Origin: Verrucomicrobiales bacterium
GTDB lineage: Bacteria > Verrucomicrobiota > Verrucomicrobiia > Verrucomicrobiales > Akkermansiaceae
Direction of reading: 5' to 3'
DNA length: 62,579 bases
Assembly (NCBI GenBank): GCA_038256845.1
Contig: JBBSJY010000001.1
Span: 1 to 62,579 of the forward strand
Below, one piece after another: positions 9,226 through 18,485 of the stretch. The first letter of the stretch is position 1; each line of letters starts with the position of its first letter. The notes beneath the pieces are model-generated. The model had not been told where the DNA came from. It ran no database searches and was given only the letters and a program-made list of their open reading frames with translations. A program made the position numbers and the translations under genes.

Positions 9226-10604
9226 CAGCGCGGGCCTTCCGAATCGACGGAGCGCACGAAATCCCGCGCCTGCCGCTCTTCCCCGGGCCGCAGCGCCTTC
9301 ATATAATCCCGGTAGCGCAATGTCTGCTTTCCGCGCTGCCCTTTGAGCAGCCTTCGCAGGTAAAGGTTTGGGCTCACATTGACCGGTTCGCCCATGGCGC
9401 GGGCGAGCCGCAGCTTCATCCCTCGGCGGAGGTTGGAAAAGCCGGGGCGGATGTCCGGAAGCTTTGGCCGGGCGGCGATGGAGCGGCCGATCGCGTCGGC
9501 CACCCGTTCGGCCGCGCGGCCATCCACCTTATACATCCATTTCTCCATATGCCGCAGGCGTGCCTCGGCATATTGACTCTGGGAGGGATCGGCCAATGCC
9601 TCGTCGATCATGGCAACGAGTTGGTCCGACTCTTCGCACTCGGGAAGAAGGCGCGCCACTTGTTCGGTATAAAAAAGCGGGTGCTTGTTGAAAGCCAAAC
9701 CCACCGTGGGTTTGCCCGCGATCCACGCTTCCAGAGTGGTGGTGCAATTCTCACAGGAAAGCTCCAGATCCGCATTCAGGATCAGCTCCGTGATATTCTC
9801 CTTCAAAGCCAAACGCATGTTGTTGCGATGCTCCACAGGAAGCCGGTCGAACCATTGCAGATAGAAATTCGGGTCCTCGCGGGGATGGGGGCGGACGATC
9901 ACGAAATATCTTCCGGCTTCGAAAAGCGCGTTGAGATGGGATAGAAAGCGCTGCCGCGAGCTTTTGTTCCCATGGATCGCTCCCCAATAGTCCGAGTAGG
10001 CCGGAATGATATCTTTCCATTGGGAGAAGAAATTGTCCGCGCGCTCGGGCGGGAGGTCGGCGAAGTGAGCCAGGGGGAAATTGGCGTTCGCTAGAATCAC
10101 CGGGCGCACGGTATCGGCAATCTTCTTCTGAAAGAGGCGGTTCCATGGTTGCTTGTAAAAGTCGAATCGCGGCACCCCCACTGGAATCACCTGGTCGGGA
10201 TTCTCGCAGAAGCGGTTTTCGACCAGCACGTCACGGTGAAGCTCGCTCCACGAAAACATCAGGTCGCAGTGAACATTCTCAACCAGCCGCCGGGAATTGT
10301 ATTCCATGGTTTCCGGAATGTAGAAGATTCCTTCGTTGGGCAGGACACCCACCAGCACGCCCCACTCCCGGCACTGCTGGGAAAAGGTCGCGAGGTGGGG
10401 CGCGTTGAGATGATTGAAAAGGATGAAGTCCGGCCGCCAGGCGGCGATGCAGGCCCGCCACGACTCCAGCGGCTCCAAGCGGCAGCGGATGCCACGCTTT
10501 TCCAAATGACGGGCGATCAGCGCGGTCCCCATCAGATCCCGGGTTTTGCTATCGACAAATATAACAACCGTTGGCATGGACGACATGGGTTCTGGACGCT
10601 TCAC
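9225..10604 (-). CDS. Surface carbohydrate biosynthesis protein (TIGR04396-like; GT-B-like, candidate nonulosonate transferase)
   Basis: D...RD, EG, G.PRFD, VRPHP.E, CTT.LEA...GKP, DG.AAER; true start may be 10577. Confidence 0.65.
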   Translation of the reverse strand: MKRPEPMSSMPTVVIFVDSKTRDLMGTALIARHLEKRGIRCRLEPLESWRACIAAWRPDFILFNHLNAPHLATFSQQCREWGVLVGVLPNEGIFYIPETMEYNSRRLVENVHCDLMFSWSELHRDVLVENRFCENPDQVIPVGVPRFDFYKQPWNRLFQKKIADTVRPVILANANFPLAHFADLPPERADNFFSQWKDIIPAYSDYWGAIHGNKSSRQRFLSHLNALFEAGRYFVIVRPHPREDPNFYLQWFDRLPVEHRNNMRLALKENITELILNADLELSCENCTTTLEAWIAGKPTVGLAFNKHPLFYTEQVARLLPECEESDQLVAMIDEALADPSQSQYAEARLRHMEKWMYKVDGRAAERVADAIGRSIAARPKLPDIRPGFSNLRRGMKLRLARAMGEPVNVSPNLYLRRLLKGQRGKQTLRYRDYMKALRPGEERQARDFVRSVDSEGPR

Positions 10605-11365
10605 CGGAAGAGGGAAGCGTGAAAAACGCTTTCGATGAGTGGTGACCGCTTTTCGATGATCCGGAGGTCCGCGCCCCGGCCGACAACAGTGGAGCCATCA
10701 GGAATTTCCGCATCAATGATGAGCGCTCCAGCGCCGAAGCAGACGTCGTTTCCCACCCTGCAATCGCCGAACACGCCGCTGCCCGCGCACATCACGACCC
10801 GCTCGCCGAACGATGGATACGCTCCCCCTTTGTTGCCAACCGTGCAGCCCTGCATCGCGGCGAAGCCATTTCCATATCTTGCCCTTCCCAGCACCGTCCC
10901 CACGGGATGAGCGAGCCAGAAGACCGGCGGCAACCCGATTTCATAGAACACCTCCAACGAGTGGAGTGCCTTGTTCAGCAGATAAGACTTTGTGGCCAGG
11001 CGCGAGGAACTTTCCTCCGAGCCCGCGCGCCATGCCTCGTTGCCAAGTAGATAGAGGAACACCGCGTAATGCTCGGAATGCAAATGATCAAAGCGGCCGC
11101 CCCCACGCTTGAAGCCCGGATTGATCAATCCGCTGAAGCAGACTTCCAGCCGTTCGAGGACCCTTGGCAACAGGATCGAAACATCGCCGCGATCGACAGG
11201 GCTCCCGTCCGGGAAGAGCCGGTTGACCTGCGAGGTCACCAGATCGGCCAGGGCGTCGGGAGAAAGGAGGCATTGCATCACAGTGGGATCATCGTTGCAC
11301 CGGCGGGCAGAGGACCTGGGTTTGCCTGCCGCAGTGCGCTGGCGAGCATCTTGCGGTGGCTTCAT
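10601..11365 (-). CDS. Serine acetyltransferase-like hexapeptide acyltransferase
   Basis: FDHLHS..Y..FLY, NKALH, HPVGTVLGRA.YG and hexapeptide repeats; start may be 11278. Confidence 0.75.
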   Translation of the reverse strand: MKPPQDARQRTAAGKPRSSARRCNDDPTVMQCLLSPDALADLVTSQVNRLFPDGSPVDRGDVSILLPRVLERLEVCFSGLINPGFKRGGGRFDHLHSEHYAVFLYLLGNEAWRAGSEESSSRLATKSYLLNKALHSLEVFYEIGLPPVFWLAHPVGTVLGRARYGNGFAAMQGCTVGNKGGAYPSFGERVVMCAGSGVFGDCRVGNDVCFGAGALIIDAEIPDGSTVVGRGADLRIIEKRSPLIESVFHASLFR

Positions 11366-11413
11366 CCGTCAAGTGCGCATAGATGCGGGGCAGATCATCG
11401 GTAGGATTGCAAG

Positions 11414-12049
11414 TCACCGGAAATTCGATTGGCGCAAGGCAATCCGCTGTCTCAGCCGGGTGACCCGTTTCCGCCGGCTGCGGTTGTTGAGGGTCCGGCT
11501 CAGGCTCTTGAGCGGCAGAATATTGGAGTCGCCGATCCCGTCGATCATGACGAAATGTGGCTCGCCGCCCGGCAGCGCGGAATAAACCAGATTGCGCTCG
11601 TGGAGGTCGGCGACGACCAGGTCGCTCTCGAGCAACTGCCGGATGAATGATTCCAAGGCCGCCTCAGCGACCCGGTCGTAGCCGCCGGTCTCGATCAATG
11701 TCGCCAAGGTGGGAGCAAGATTGCCCCGGGAATCGCGGATGGCATCGGTGACGAGGCCGAGGCCGAGATCGGTTTCCACAAACCCCACGATCCGTTGGAC
11801 GAACGGGAGGCTTTTGCCATGTCGGGCATAGGCGGCGACGTATTCGTGGATTTCCCGGATGAATAGCACGTAATGACGGTAGCGCCGCCACCGCTTGAAC
11901 CACGGGGCTCCACCGTCGTAGCGAAGCTCCACGGCCTCCGGTCGCATCACCTTGACCACCAGGCCGGGACCGTCGGGATGTGCGTAAACGAGGCGCAGAT
12001 TGCCTTTCGCGAGGGGCTCGAGGGCGCCGAGTTGCAGAAAATGTCTCAT
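11414..12049 (-). CDS. YrbL/PhoP-regulon family kinase-like protein
   Basis: G..R.VY.HP, VVKV, REI.EY, G.VETDLGLGLV, DL...N, IDG.G; start at MRHFLQLG. Confidence 0.75.
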   Translation of the reverse strand: MRHFLQLGALEPLAKGNLRLVYAHPDGPGLVVKVMRPEAVELRYDGGAPWFKRWRRYRHYVLFIREIHEYVAAYARHGKSLPFVQRIVGFVETDLGLGLVTDAIRDSRGNLAPTLATLIETGGYDRVAEAALESFIRQLLESDLVVADLHERNLVYSALPGGEPHFVMIDGIGDSNILPLKSLSRTLNNRSRRKRVTRLRQRIALRQSNFR

Positions 12050-12050
12050 G

Positions 12051-12330
12051 AGGAAGTCCCACGGGGGGAGGAGGTGATTTCGAGAAAGGCGACGGCGCAG
12101 GCCGGAGCCGAGGACGGAGCGAAGAGCCCCAGTGCGGCCGCCAGCCGAGGGAGATCTTCGGCAGGCGGATCCGGCGGAAGCCCGCTTCGGCCGACAACAG
12201 GCCGGTCGCCATCCATCGCGGAACCACAAACAAACCCAAGGCACTGTCGAGATGAGCGATGCCGGTTTGGAACTCGCCCGGTGGAAAACGCTCTGACGAT
12301 CAAAGTGGTGGCGTGGGCCGTACAGCGCTG
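12051..12330 (-). mobile_element. Degenerate IS256-family transposase 3' remnant
   Basis: Frameshifted pieces TTLIVRAFSTGR / RWMATGLLSAEAGFRRIR / EDLPRLAAAL resemble the IS256 C-terminus (TN.IE..FS.VR...RW...GLL.AE..FRRI.G..DL..L..AL); the end GGGACTTCC resembles IS256 right ends. Confidence 0.6.
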
Positions 12331-12337
12331 CGCCATT

Positions 12338-13294
12338 TCATTTTCGCGGGAAGCTGAGGATGCGGTCATCGGCGGTGAGGAAGACGGTTTTGCCATCCTC
12401 GCCACCGAAGGCGACGTTGGCGGTGGCGCGGTGGGTGAGAACGCGGCCGAGAAGCTTGCCTTCCTTGGAAAGGACGAGAAGGCCGCCGGGGCCGGTGGCC
12501 CAGAGGTTGCCCCGGTCATCGACTTTCATGCCGTCGGGCGCGCCTTTGCCTTCGAGGCCTTTGCTATCGAAGAAGGTTTTCATTTCGCCGACGGTGCCGT
12601 CTCCGTTGACCGGGAAGGAGAAGATGTGGGGGCGAGGGCCGTGGGAATTGGCGACGTAGAGGGTTTTCTCGTCCTCTGAAAAGGCGATGCCGTTGGGGCG
12701 CTCGATTTCCTTGGAAAGGAGGGTGACCTCACCATCGGTGCCGATGCGAAAGACGCCGCAGAAGTCGAGCTCGCGGCGGGGGTCGTTCTCGCGCTCGGGC
12801 AACCCGTAGATGGGATCGGTGAAATAGATCGCGCCGCTTGAGTGGACGGCGACGTCGTTGGGGCTGTTGAGGCGCTTGCCCTCGAACTGGTCGGCGAGGG
12901 TCATTTTGCCGCCATCCTTGGTGAGGATCGAGACGCGGCGGTCGCCATGTTCGGCGAGGATGAGCCGACCCTCGGCATCGAAGGTGAGGCCGTTGGAGCC
13001 GGGCTCGAGGCCGTAGTCGGCGACGCCGGTGTATCCGGAAGGTTTCATGAAGACGGACATGCCGTCTGCCGGGCTCCAGGCGTGGATGGTGTTGTTGGGG
13101 ATGTCGGAAAACAGGAGGCGGCCTTCGCTTTCATGCCAGACGGGGCCTTCGGTCCATTCATAACCTTCGCCGAGGTTCTGAATCCTGGCGTCGGGGGAGA
13201 TGAGTTCGTCCAGCGCGGGATCCAGCCGCTCCACGGAGGGGTCCTGGGCGAGGGCGGTGGAAACGAGGGCGAGGAGAGTGAGCGGGGTTTTCAT
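12338..13294 (-). CDS. SMP-30/gluconolactonase/LRE family protein, secreted
   Basis: Signal peptide; WTEGPVW, LFSDIP, GSNGL, LNSPND, YFTDP, PNGIAFS, PDGMKVD. Confidence 0.92.
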   Translation of the reverse strand: MKTPLTLLALVSTALAQDPSVERLDPALDELISPDARIQNLGEGYEWTEGPVWHESEGRLLFSDIPNNTIHAWSPADGMSVFMKPSGYTGVADYGLEPGSNGLTFDAEGRLILAEHGDRRVSILTKDGGKMTLADQFEGKRLNSPNDVAVHSSGAIYFTDPIYGLPERENDPRRELDFCGVFRIGTDGEVTLLSKEIERPNGIAFSEDEKTLYVANSHGPRPHIFSFPVNGDGTVGEMKTFFDSKGLEGKGAPDGMKVDDRGNLWATGPGGLLVLSKEGKLLGRVLTHRATANVAFGGEDGKTVFLTADDRILSFPRK

Positions 13295-13388
13295 GGTGGG
13301 GGAGGTTGGGGAAGAGAAGGCGTGGGTGCCAAGCGCGGAGTACGAGTGCCGAGTGTCGAAGCAGGACTAGACCCGGTTGGGCCGTGAA

Positions 13389-13805
13389 TCAGCTAGATCT
13401 GTAACGGGAGAGGAAATCCAGTGGTGAAATGGCCGGAACCGGCCTCAGGGCGAAGTCCTTGAGATTGCGTGTGACGATCAGTTCGGCGAGACAGTTTTCT
13501 GCGGAGACGCATTGCATGGCGTCTTCAAAATCAGGGAGACCGTAGGCGCGTGCCCTTGCCGCAGAAGATGAAGTGACCGGAGCGACGTTCGCCCAGCCAA
13601 GGATTTTGTCGATTTCCCGAATGGATGCTTCCTCGCTGCGCCCACGCCGGATGATGTAGTAAGTGGTGGCAAGGCCGTGCCAAGCGATAAACAGTCGGGA
13701 GCCGAGTTGCTCCGCGAGAACCAGAACCGCAGTGCTGTCGGCAACGAACGGGATTCGTTCCTCGATGATATCAAGAATAATGTTGGTATCGAGGAAAAGG
13801 CGCAT
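13389..13805 (-). CDS. PIN-domain toxin (VapC-like)
   Basis: FLDTNIILD, DFEDA.Q, IVTRN.KDF. Confidence 0.88.
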   Translation of the reverse strand: MRLFLDTNIILDIIEERIPFVADSTAVLVLAEQLGSRLFIAWHGLATTYYIIRRGRSEEASIREIDKILGWANVAPVTSSSAARARAYGLPDFEDAMQCVSAENCLAELIVTRNLKDFALRPVPAISPLDFLSRYRSS

Positions 13806-13814
13806 TGGCCACGC

Positions 13815-14063
13815 TCATTGGACTCCAAACTTGGCGCGCAGATAGGCCTCGCGGGCATCCTCGGAGCTTTCATCCACAGGAGGCCGGGCGATTCCGCGGG
13901 CCTGCATCGCCCACTCTCCGGCACCAACCGCCGGAGCGCGCTCGGCAACGGGTTCGATCCAGGCGATGACCCGCAGAGTGCCCACACACCTCAGCTCGGG
14001 AGGGATCGGCAGGTGGAGACTTCCATCCGGAGACGGCCGTAGGGTGGCGCTAATGGAACTCAT
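13815..14063 (-). CDS. Putative antitoxin (AbrB-like N-terminus)
   Basis: 82 aa MSSISATLRPSPDGSLHLPIP... ending RE.YL..KFG; lies 9 bp upstream of the PIN gene. Confidence 0.65.
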   Translation of the reverse strand: MSSISATLRPSPDGSLHLPIPPELRCVGTLRVIAWIEPVAERAPAVGAGEWAMQARGIARPPVDESSEDAREAYLRAKFGVQ

Positions 14064-14224
14064 CGAATAAGGATACACAATCAACTGCGGAAGAAAAGCG
14101 GAAACGCGGCCCCATCCTAGGCAAGGCCAGGCAGGGCAGGCTCGACGGGCCGTGACTACCCTACTAAAGAGATGAGGGCGGAGGGCCGGTGGAGGCCATG
14201 GAAGAAAAGCTGAAAGGGGGAAGA

Positions 14225-14292
14225 AGTGCCGAGTGATCAGTGGAAGAGATTTACCGCCAAGGCGCAAAGGTCGCAAAGTGGCGCGGAGAAGG
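14225..14292. repeat. REP-like short-repeat element
   Basis: AGTGCCGAGTGATCAGT followed by TTTACCGCCAAGGCGCAAAGGTCGCAAAG, a type of repeat often seen intergenically in PVC genomes. Confidence 0.4.
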
Positions 14293-14399
14293 GGGGCACC
14301 TCGGGATCGCAGGCACCGTCGTTGTGGGAGGATGCGGCTTGCGCTGATAGGGTTGAGCTGCGAATCAATCCGGTGGAAGTACGGGTCCGGATTCAGAAC

Positions 14400-14636
14400 C
14401 AAGGACCTCATGATGCCGGCATTCTAACCGGGGAGATGCTTGCCCGGATGCCGGAGTGGTATGGTGTCCCCGAGTTGTCGCGCTTGGCAATGGCGTGGCG
14501 GGATGAGAGCGGCTCGGATGACGTGGTGGTTTCGTTTCTGGAGAACTTACCCGATCAATCCCGGAGAGAGGTTATCAAGTTCTCGGAGGAGGTTTCCGAT
14601 CCGGGTCTGCGGGAGGTGGTGATGGGCGTTCGGTGA
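14400..14636 (+). pseudogene. Probable C-terminal fragment of a hypothetical helical protein
   Basis: Protein-like stretch GEMLARMPEW...EVSDPGLREVVMGVR* without a convincing start. Confidence 0.3.
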
Positions 14637-14829
14637 TCGGAAATCGGCTATCGATCCAACACGAGTGGTGGCGGAGGAGAGGGGGAGCGGCCGAGCCTTG
14701 TACCCAAGGAGTGGCGGACTCCGATCCGCCATGCCCATGGGGCGACCATGAAAAGCGGTTCACCGCCGATTATGGGCCTAGTCATGGACTCGGGCGATTC
14801 GGAGATCGCCCCTCCTTGATCTCACCGCA

Positions 14830-15450
14830 TCAGCCAAACATCTCCCGGCACAGCAAACACTTCCTCCCATCACAGCCGCGGGCGGTGCAGTGTTCGCGGC
14901 CGTAGAAGATGATCTGGAGGTGGAGGGTGTTCCAGGAGGCGCGGGGGAAGAGCTTTTTGAGGTCGCGCTCGGTCTGGACGACGTTCTTTCCGGAGGTGAG
15001 TTTCCAGCGGGTGGCGAGCCGGTGGATGTGGGTGTCCACGGGAAACGCGGGAACCCCGAAGGACTGGGCCATCACGACGGAGGCGGTCTTGTGGCCGACG
15101 CCCGGGAGGGTTTCGAGCGCTTCGAAATCGGCGGGGACCTCGCCGCCGTGCTTTTCGATGAGGATCTGCGAGAGCTTGGAAATGGCGGCGGATTTCGCGG
15201 GGGAGAGGCCGCAGGGGCGGATGATGGCACGGATTTCATCGACCGGAACGCGGGCCATGTCGTGCGGATTGTCGGCGAGGGCGAACAGCGCGGGGGTGGT
15301 GAGATTCACCCGCACGTCGGTGCATTGGGCGGATAGTAGGACGGCGATGAGGAGGGTGTAGGGGTCCTTGTGGTCGAGCGGGATTGGCGTTTCCGGGTAA
15401 AGCTCGCCGAGGCGGCGCAGGAGGTGGGCGGCGCGCTGGGCTTTGGTCAT
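14830..15450 (-). CDS. nth: Endonuclease III
   Basis: LLSAQCTD, HhH motif LPGVGHKTA, VDTHIHR, GRE.C.ARGC...C..C Fe-S motif. Confidence 0.95.
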   Translation of the reverse strand: MTKAQRAAHLLRRLGELYPETPIPLDHKDPYTLLIAVLLSAQCTDVRVNLTTPALFALADNPHDMARVPVDEIRAIIRPCGLSPAKSAAISKLSQILIEKHGGEVPADFEALETLPGVGHKTASVVMAQSFGVPAFPVDTHIHRLATRWKLTSGKNVVQTERDLKKLFPRASWNTLHLQIIFYGREHCTARGCDGRKCLLCREMFG

Positions 15451-15494
15451 TGGTGGGATGTTTCCGGCGCGACAGACCGGAGAGAAGAAAAACC

Positions 15495-15523
15495 TTGCAA
15501 GTGTTACAGAGTTACTGTAACAC
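15495..15523 (+). promoter_or_regulatory. YtrA/GntR operator overlapping promoter
   Basis: Perfect inverted repeat GTGTTACAG-N5-CTGTAACAC (15501-15523) right after TTGCAA, 15 bp upstream of the GntR gene. Confidence 0.75.
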
Positions 15524-15538
15524 CTGGCACACCAGCCC

Positions 15539-15916
15539 ATGCTGCCCTTTTCCCTACAGCTTCGCGATGGCGTCCCGGTCTCCGATCAGATCGTCCGGGC
15601 GGCGCATCATGCCTTGGCGAGCGGGGAATTGCGGGAAGGCGATTTATTCCCGTCGGTCCGGGCGCTGGCGCAGGAACTGAGAATCTCGCCGACCACGGCG
15701 CACAAGGTGATGCAGCAGCTCAAGGACCTCGGCTTTCTCGTCAGCCGGCCGGGCATCGGGATGGTAGTGCAAGCGCCGCAGCTTCCTCCGCTCGACCAGC
15801 GGCTGGCGATGATGGAACCGCTCGCCCGCCGGTTCCTCGACGAGGCCCGCTCGCTCCATCTCACCGCCGACGATTTGGAAAAACTCCTCCGCCGTCTCCA
15901 GGACCCCGAACCTTGA
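15539..15916 (+). CDS. GntR family regulator (YtrA subfamily)
   Basis: P...QI, G.L..GD..PSVR.LA.EL.ISPTT, short C-terminal domain, upstream of an ABC ATPase. Confidence 0.9.
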   Translation: MLPFSLQLRDGVPVSDQIVRAAHHALASGELREGDLFPSVRALAQELRISPTTAHKVMQQLKDLGFLVSRPGIGMVVQAPQLPPLDQRLAMMEPLARRFLDEARSLHLTADDLEKLLRRLQDPEP

Positions 15917-15923
15917 ATTCCTC

Positions 15924-16826
15924 ATGATCACCATCCGCGGCTTGCAAAAACGCTTTCATCGTCACGATGCCCTCCGCGGCGTGGATCTCGATATTCCGCA
16001 GGGAAAAGTCACCGCCTTTCTCGGTCCTAACGGATCGGGAAAAACGACCACGATCAAGTGCGCGATGAATCTCATCGACCGCGATGGCGGCGAGGTACGT
16101 GTGATGGATGCGGATTCCCGCGATCTCGGACCGCGGCATTGGCAGCGGATCGGGTATGTGTCGGAAAGCCGAAACATGCCGGGCTGGCTGACGGTGCCGA
16201 AGCTGCTCGATTTCGTGCGGCCGATGTATGGCGGGTTCTGGGACCGGGAGTTTGAGAAGAAGCTATTGGCCGGCTTCGAGCTGCCGCTGAAAACCAAGCT
16301 GCGATCATTGTCCCGCGGCCAGCGGATGAAGGCCGCGCTGCTGGCATCGCTCGCCTACCGCCCGCAGCTCATCGTGCTCGACGAGCCGTTCAGCGGGCTC
16401 GACCCACTGGTGCGCGACGAGTTTCTCACAGGACTTCTCGAACTCACCGAGACCGAGGGCTGGACGGTGTGGATTTCGTCCCACGACATTGAGGAAGTCG
16501 AGCGCTTCGCCGACCGCGTGGCGATCCTCAACAACGGCCGCGTCGATCTCCAGGAAGATGTGGAAACGCTGCAAGCCCGGTTCCGCCACGTCGAACTTTG
16601 GTTTGATGAGAATGCGGAACTTCCCGATGGATTGCCGGAAAGCTGGCTCAATCCGCAGACCACCGGCCGGAGCGCGCGCTTCATTGATACGAACTACGAT
16701 GAAGCCGGTAGCCTCGACCGTTTCAACCGATTCTTCCCGCCGGTTCTCCGCCACGAGGCGCGCCGGATGACCCTGCGCGAAATCTTCGTCGCGCTCGCCC
16801 GCAGCTACCGCATTCCAACCCGTTGA
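15924..16826 (+). CDS. ABC transporter ATP-binding protein (YtrB-like)
   Basis: GPNGSGKTT, LSRGQ, LDEPFSGLDP, SSH. Confidence 0.93.
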   Translation: MITIRGLQKRFHRHDALRGVDLDIPQGKVTAFLGPNGSGKTTTIKCAMNLIDRDGGEVRVMDADSRDLGPRHWQRIGYVSESRNMPGWLTVPKLLDFVRPMYGGFWDREFEKKLLAGFELPLKTKLRSLSRGQRMKAALLASLAYRPQLIVLDEPFSGLDPLVRDEFLTGLLELTETEGWTVWISSHDIEEVERFADRVAILNNGRVDLQEDVETLQARFRHVELWFDENAELPDGLPESWLNPQTTGRSARFIDTNYDEAGSLDRFNRFFPPVLRHEARRMTLREIFVALARSYRIPTR

Positions 16827-16830
16827 TCCC

Positions 16831-18435
16831 ATGCCCCACTCACCCTTCACCCGCATTTTAGCATTTTTCATTGTCGCCGGTTTCGCATTGGCGCTGCTGT
16901 GGCCGGATGACCGGGCCCACGTCTGGGGTTGGTATGCGATGTTTTCCCTTCCGATTGTGATCGGGCTTTTCACGTGGAGTGCGGTTCGGGATGCTCCGCC
17001 GTTCGATGACAACGCATTTCACCGGACCTTGCCTCCCGGTGATGGAACGGCATTCCGAAAAGTGCTGATCATTCATCTGGCAATCCTCGGCGGGATCGCG
17101 CTTTCCGTTTTGGTTTACTGTTGGATCCATAACTTCGGATGGCAGACGATTTCCTATGGGATTGCCGTTCTCACCGTTCCCGTGTGGGCGTGGATGGCGG
17201 CGAATGGCATTGCGGCGAGCTTGTCAACCTCGCGGGAGCATGGCCTCACATGGGGATATATCGCGATTTTCGGAATTCTCGTTCTCTCAGCCGCGTGGCT
17301 CTACTGGCTGCGCATCGGCTTTGCTCCGGACAGAGCGCCGACAGTCTATCTCACACCCTTGCGAACGATGACTCTCACGGCAATATTCCTCTATCCTTTG
17401 ATTTGGTGGCTGGTGGCGGCGAAGCGGCGCTCGGCGCTGGGAATGGCGCTTGGTGCGGCCATCGGTGCTCTGATGCCTTGGCTCTATACCTACGGAAATT
17501 TTATCAAGGCTCCACTAGATTGGGAGAGATCGCGGGCACCGCGCTCGCATGTGATCATTACCCGTAAAGTTGCCGACTTGCGCGCAGAGAAATGGCTTCC
17601 GGTTGAGGATCTGCTGGCGGTATCCGGATTGAAACAGGGGGAATTTGTTTCGATGGAGTTCTTCTCTATTGATGGTAGTCCGGTTACCCTTATGGAGGTG
17701 AGTTCCGCCGTAGAAGGAGAGGGTTTGACGGCTGTTAGGACGGCCGGTACTGCTGGCTTGTCCGAGAGGGGCGCTGTGGTTTGGGGCGAGGCAGGAATCC
17801 GGAGTTATTTGCGGAATCAGGCGCCTGATCATGAATCCTTTGAGTATTGGCACGACCATCAAGTCCATCCAACTCGCCTCATTATCCTGGGCCCGGGAAA
17901 ATCCGCAGAGATCCCGCGATCGCTACTCCCTCCGGATGTTAAATGGACCGAGGAACAATTTTCCCAGCGGAAGTGGAAGGTGTTAGATGGTGTGACATAC
18001 CGATTCGAAAGTTTGGGATCGGTCGATGCGGCGACGGGCGGAGGATTCCGCTTGCCCGGCGAAGGGACCGTGCGTCTGAGCCCGGTCCTAGAGAGAGAGG
18101 GTCGGTATCGGATTTCAGCGGAGTATACGCTTCCCGATCTTTCGCGGGCAGACGGACCTTGGTTTAGTATCCATGTTTCCGACTCCGGCTTCGTCTCTCC
18201 ACGGATCATCGCGGTGGACGATGCCGGGAAACAGGCATTCGCGCTGGATTCGTTCAGGCATTCGGGAAGTATGGAAATGTTTCTGGGACAATCTAGGGAA
18301 TGGAGATTTGATCTCGGAGAGGCAAACACGGCGGAATGGGCCGCCCGCATCGAGCTGTTGCGCGGCTGCCGGCTGCATGTCTTTTGGCCGAGGATCACCG
18401 GCAGGCTTCAGGATGAAATCCCCGCTCCCGAATGA
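16831..18435 (+). CDS. Membrane protein, putative ABC permease with large extracytoplasmic C-terminal domain
   Basis: About 7 hydrophobic segments in the first 225 aa, including AFH.TLP; third gene of the ytr-like operon. Confidence 0.6.
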   Translation: MPHSPFTRILAFFIVAGFALALLWPDDRAHVWGWYAMFSLPIVIGLFTWSAVRDAPPFDDNAFHRTLPPGDGTAFRKVLIIHLAILGGIALSVLVYCWIHNFGWQTISYGIAVLTVPVWAWMAANGIAASLSTSREHGLTWGYIAIFGILVLSAAWLYWLRIGFAPDRAPTVYLTPLRTMTLTAIFLYPLIWWLVAAKRRSALGMALGAAIGALMPWLYTYGNFIKAPLDWERSRAPRSHVIITRKVADLRAEKWLPVEDLLAVSGLKQGEFVSMEFFSIDGSPVTLMEVSSAVEGEGLTAVRTAGTAGLSERGAVVWGEAGIRSYLRNQAPDHESFEYWHDHQVHPTRLIILGPGKSAEIPRSLLPPDVKWTEEQFSQRKWKVLDGVTYRFESLGSVDAATGGGFRLPGEGTVRLSPVLEREGRYRISAEYTLPDLSRADGPWFSIHVSDSGFVSPRIIAVDDAGKQAFALDSFRHSGSMEMFLGQSREWRFDLGEANTAEWAARIELLRGCRLHVFWPRITGRLQDEIPAPE

Positions 18436-18485
18436 GCGGACGGGCGATCTTGTGAAACCTGCGGTGCCGGGGTAGCATCCGCTTC

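Noticed and set aside
14064-14411. Long N-terminus of the 198-aa antitoxin ORF
   Set aside because: Reads through intergenic repeats; a -10 box sits just before ATG 14063
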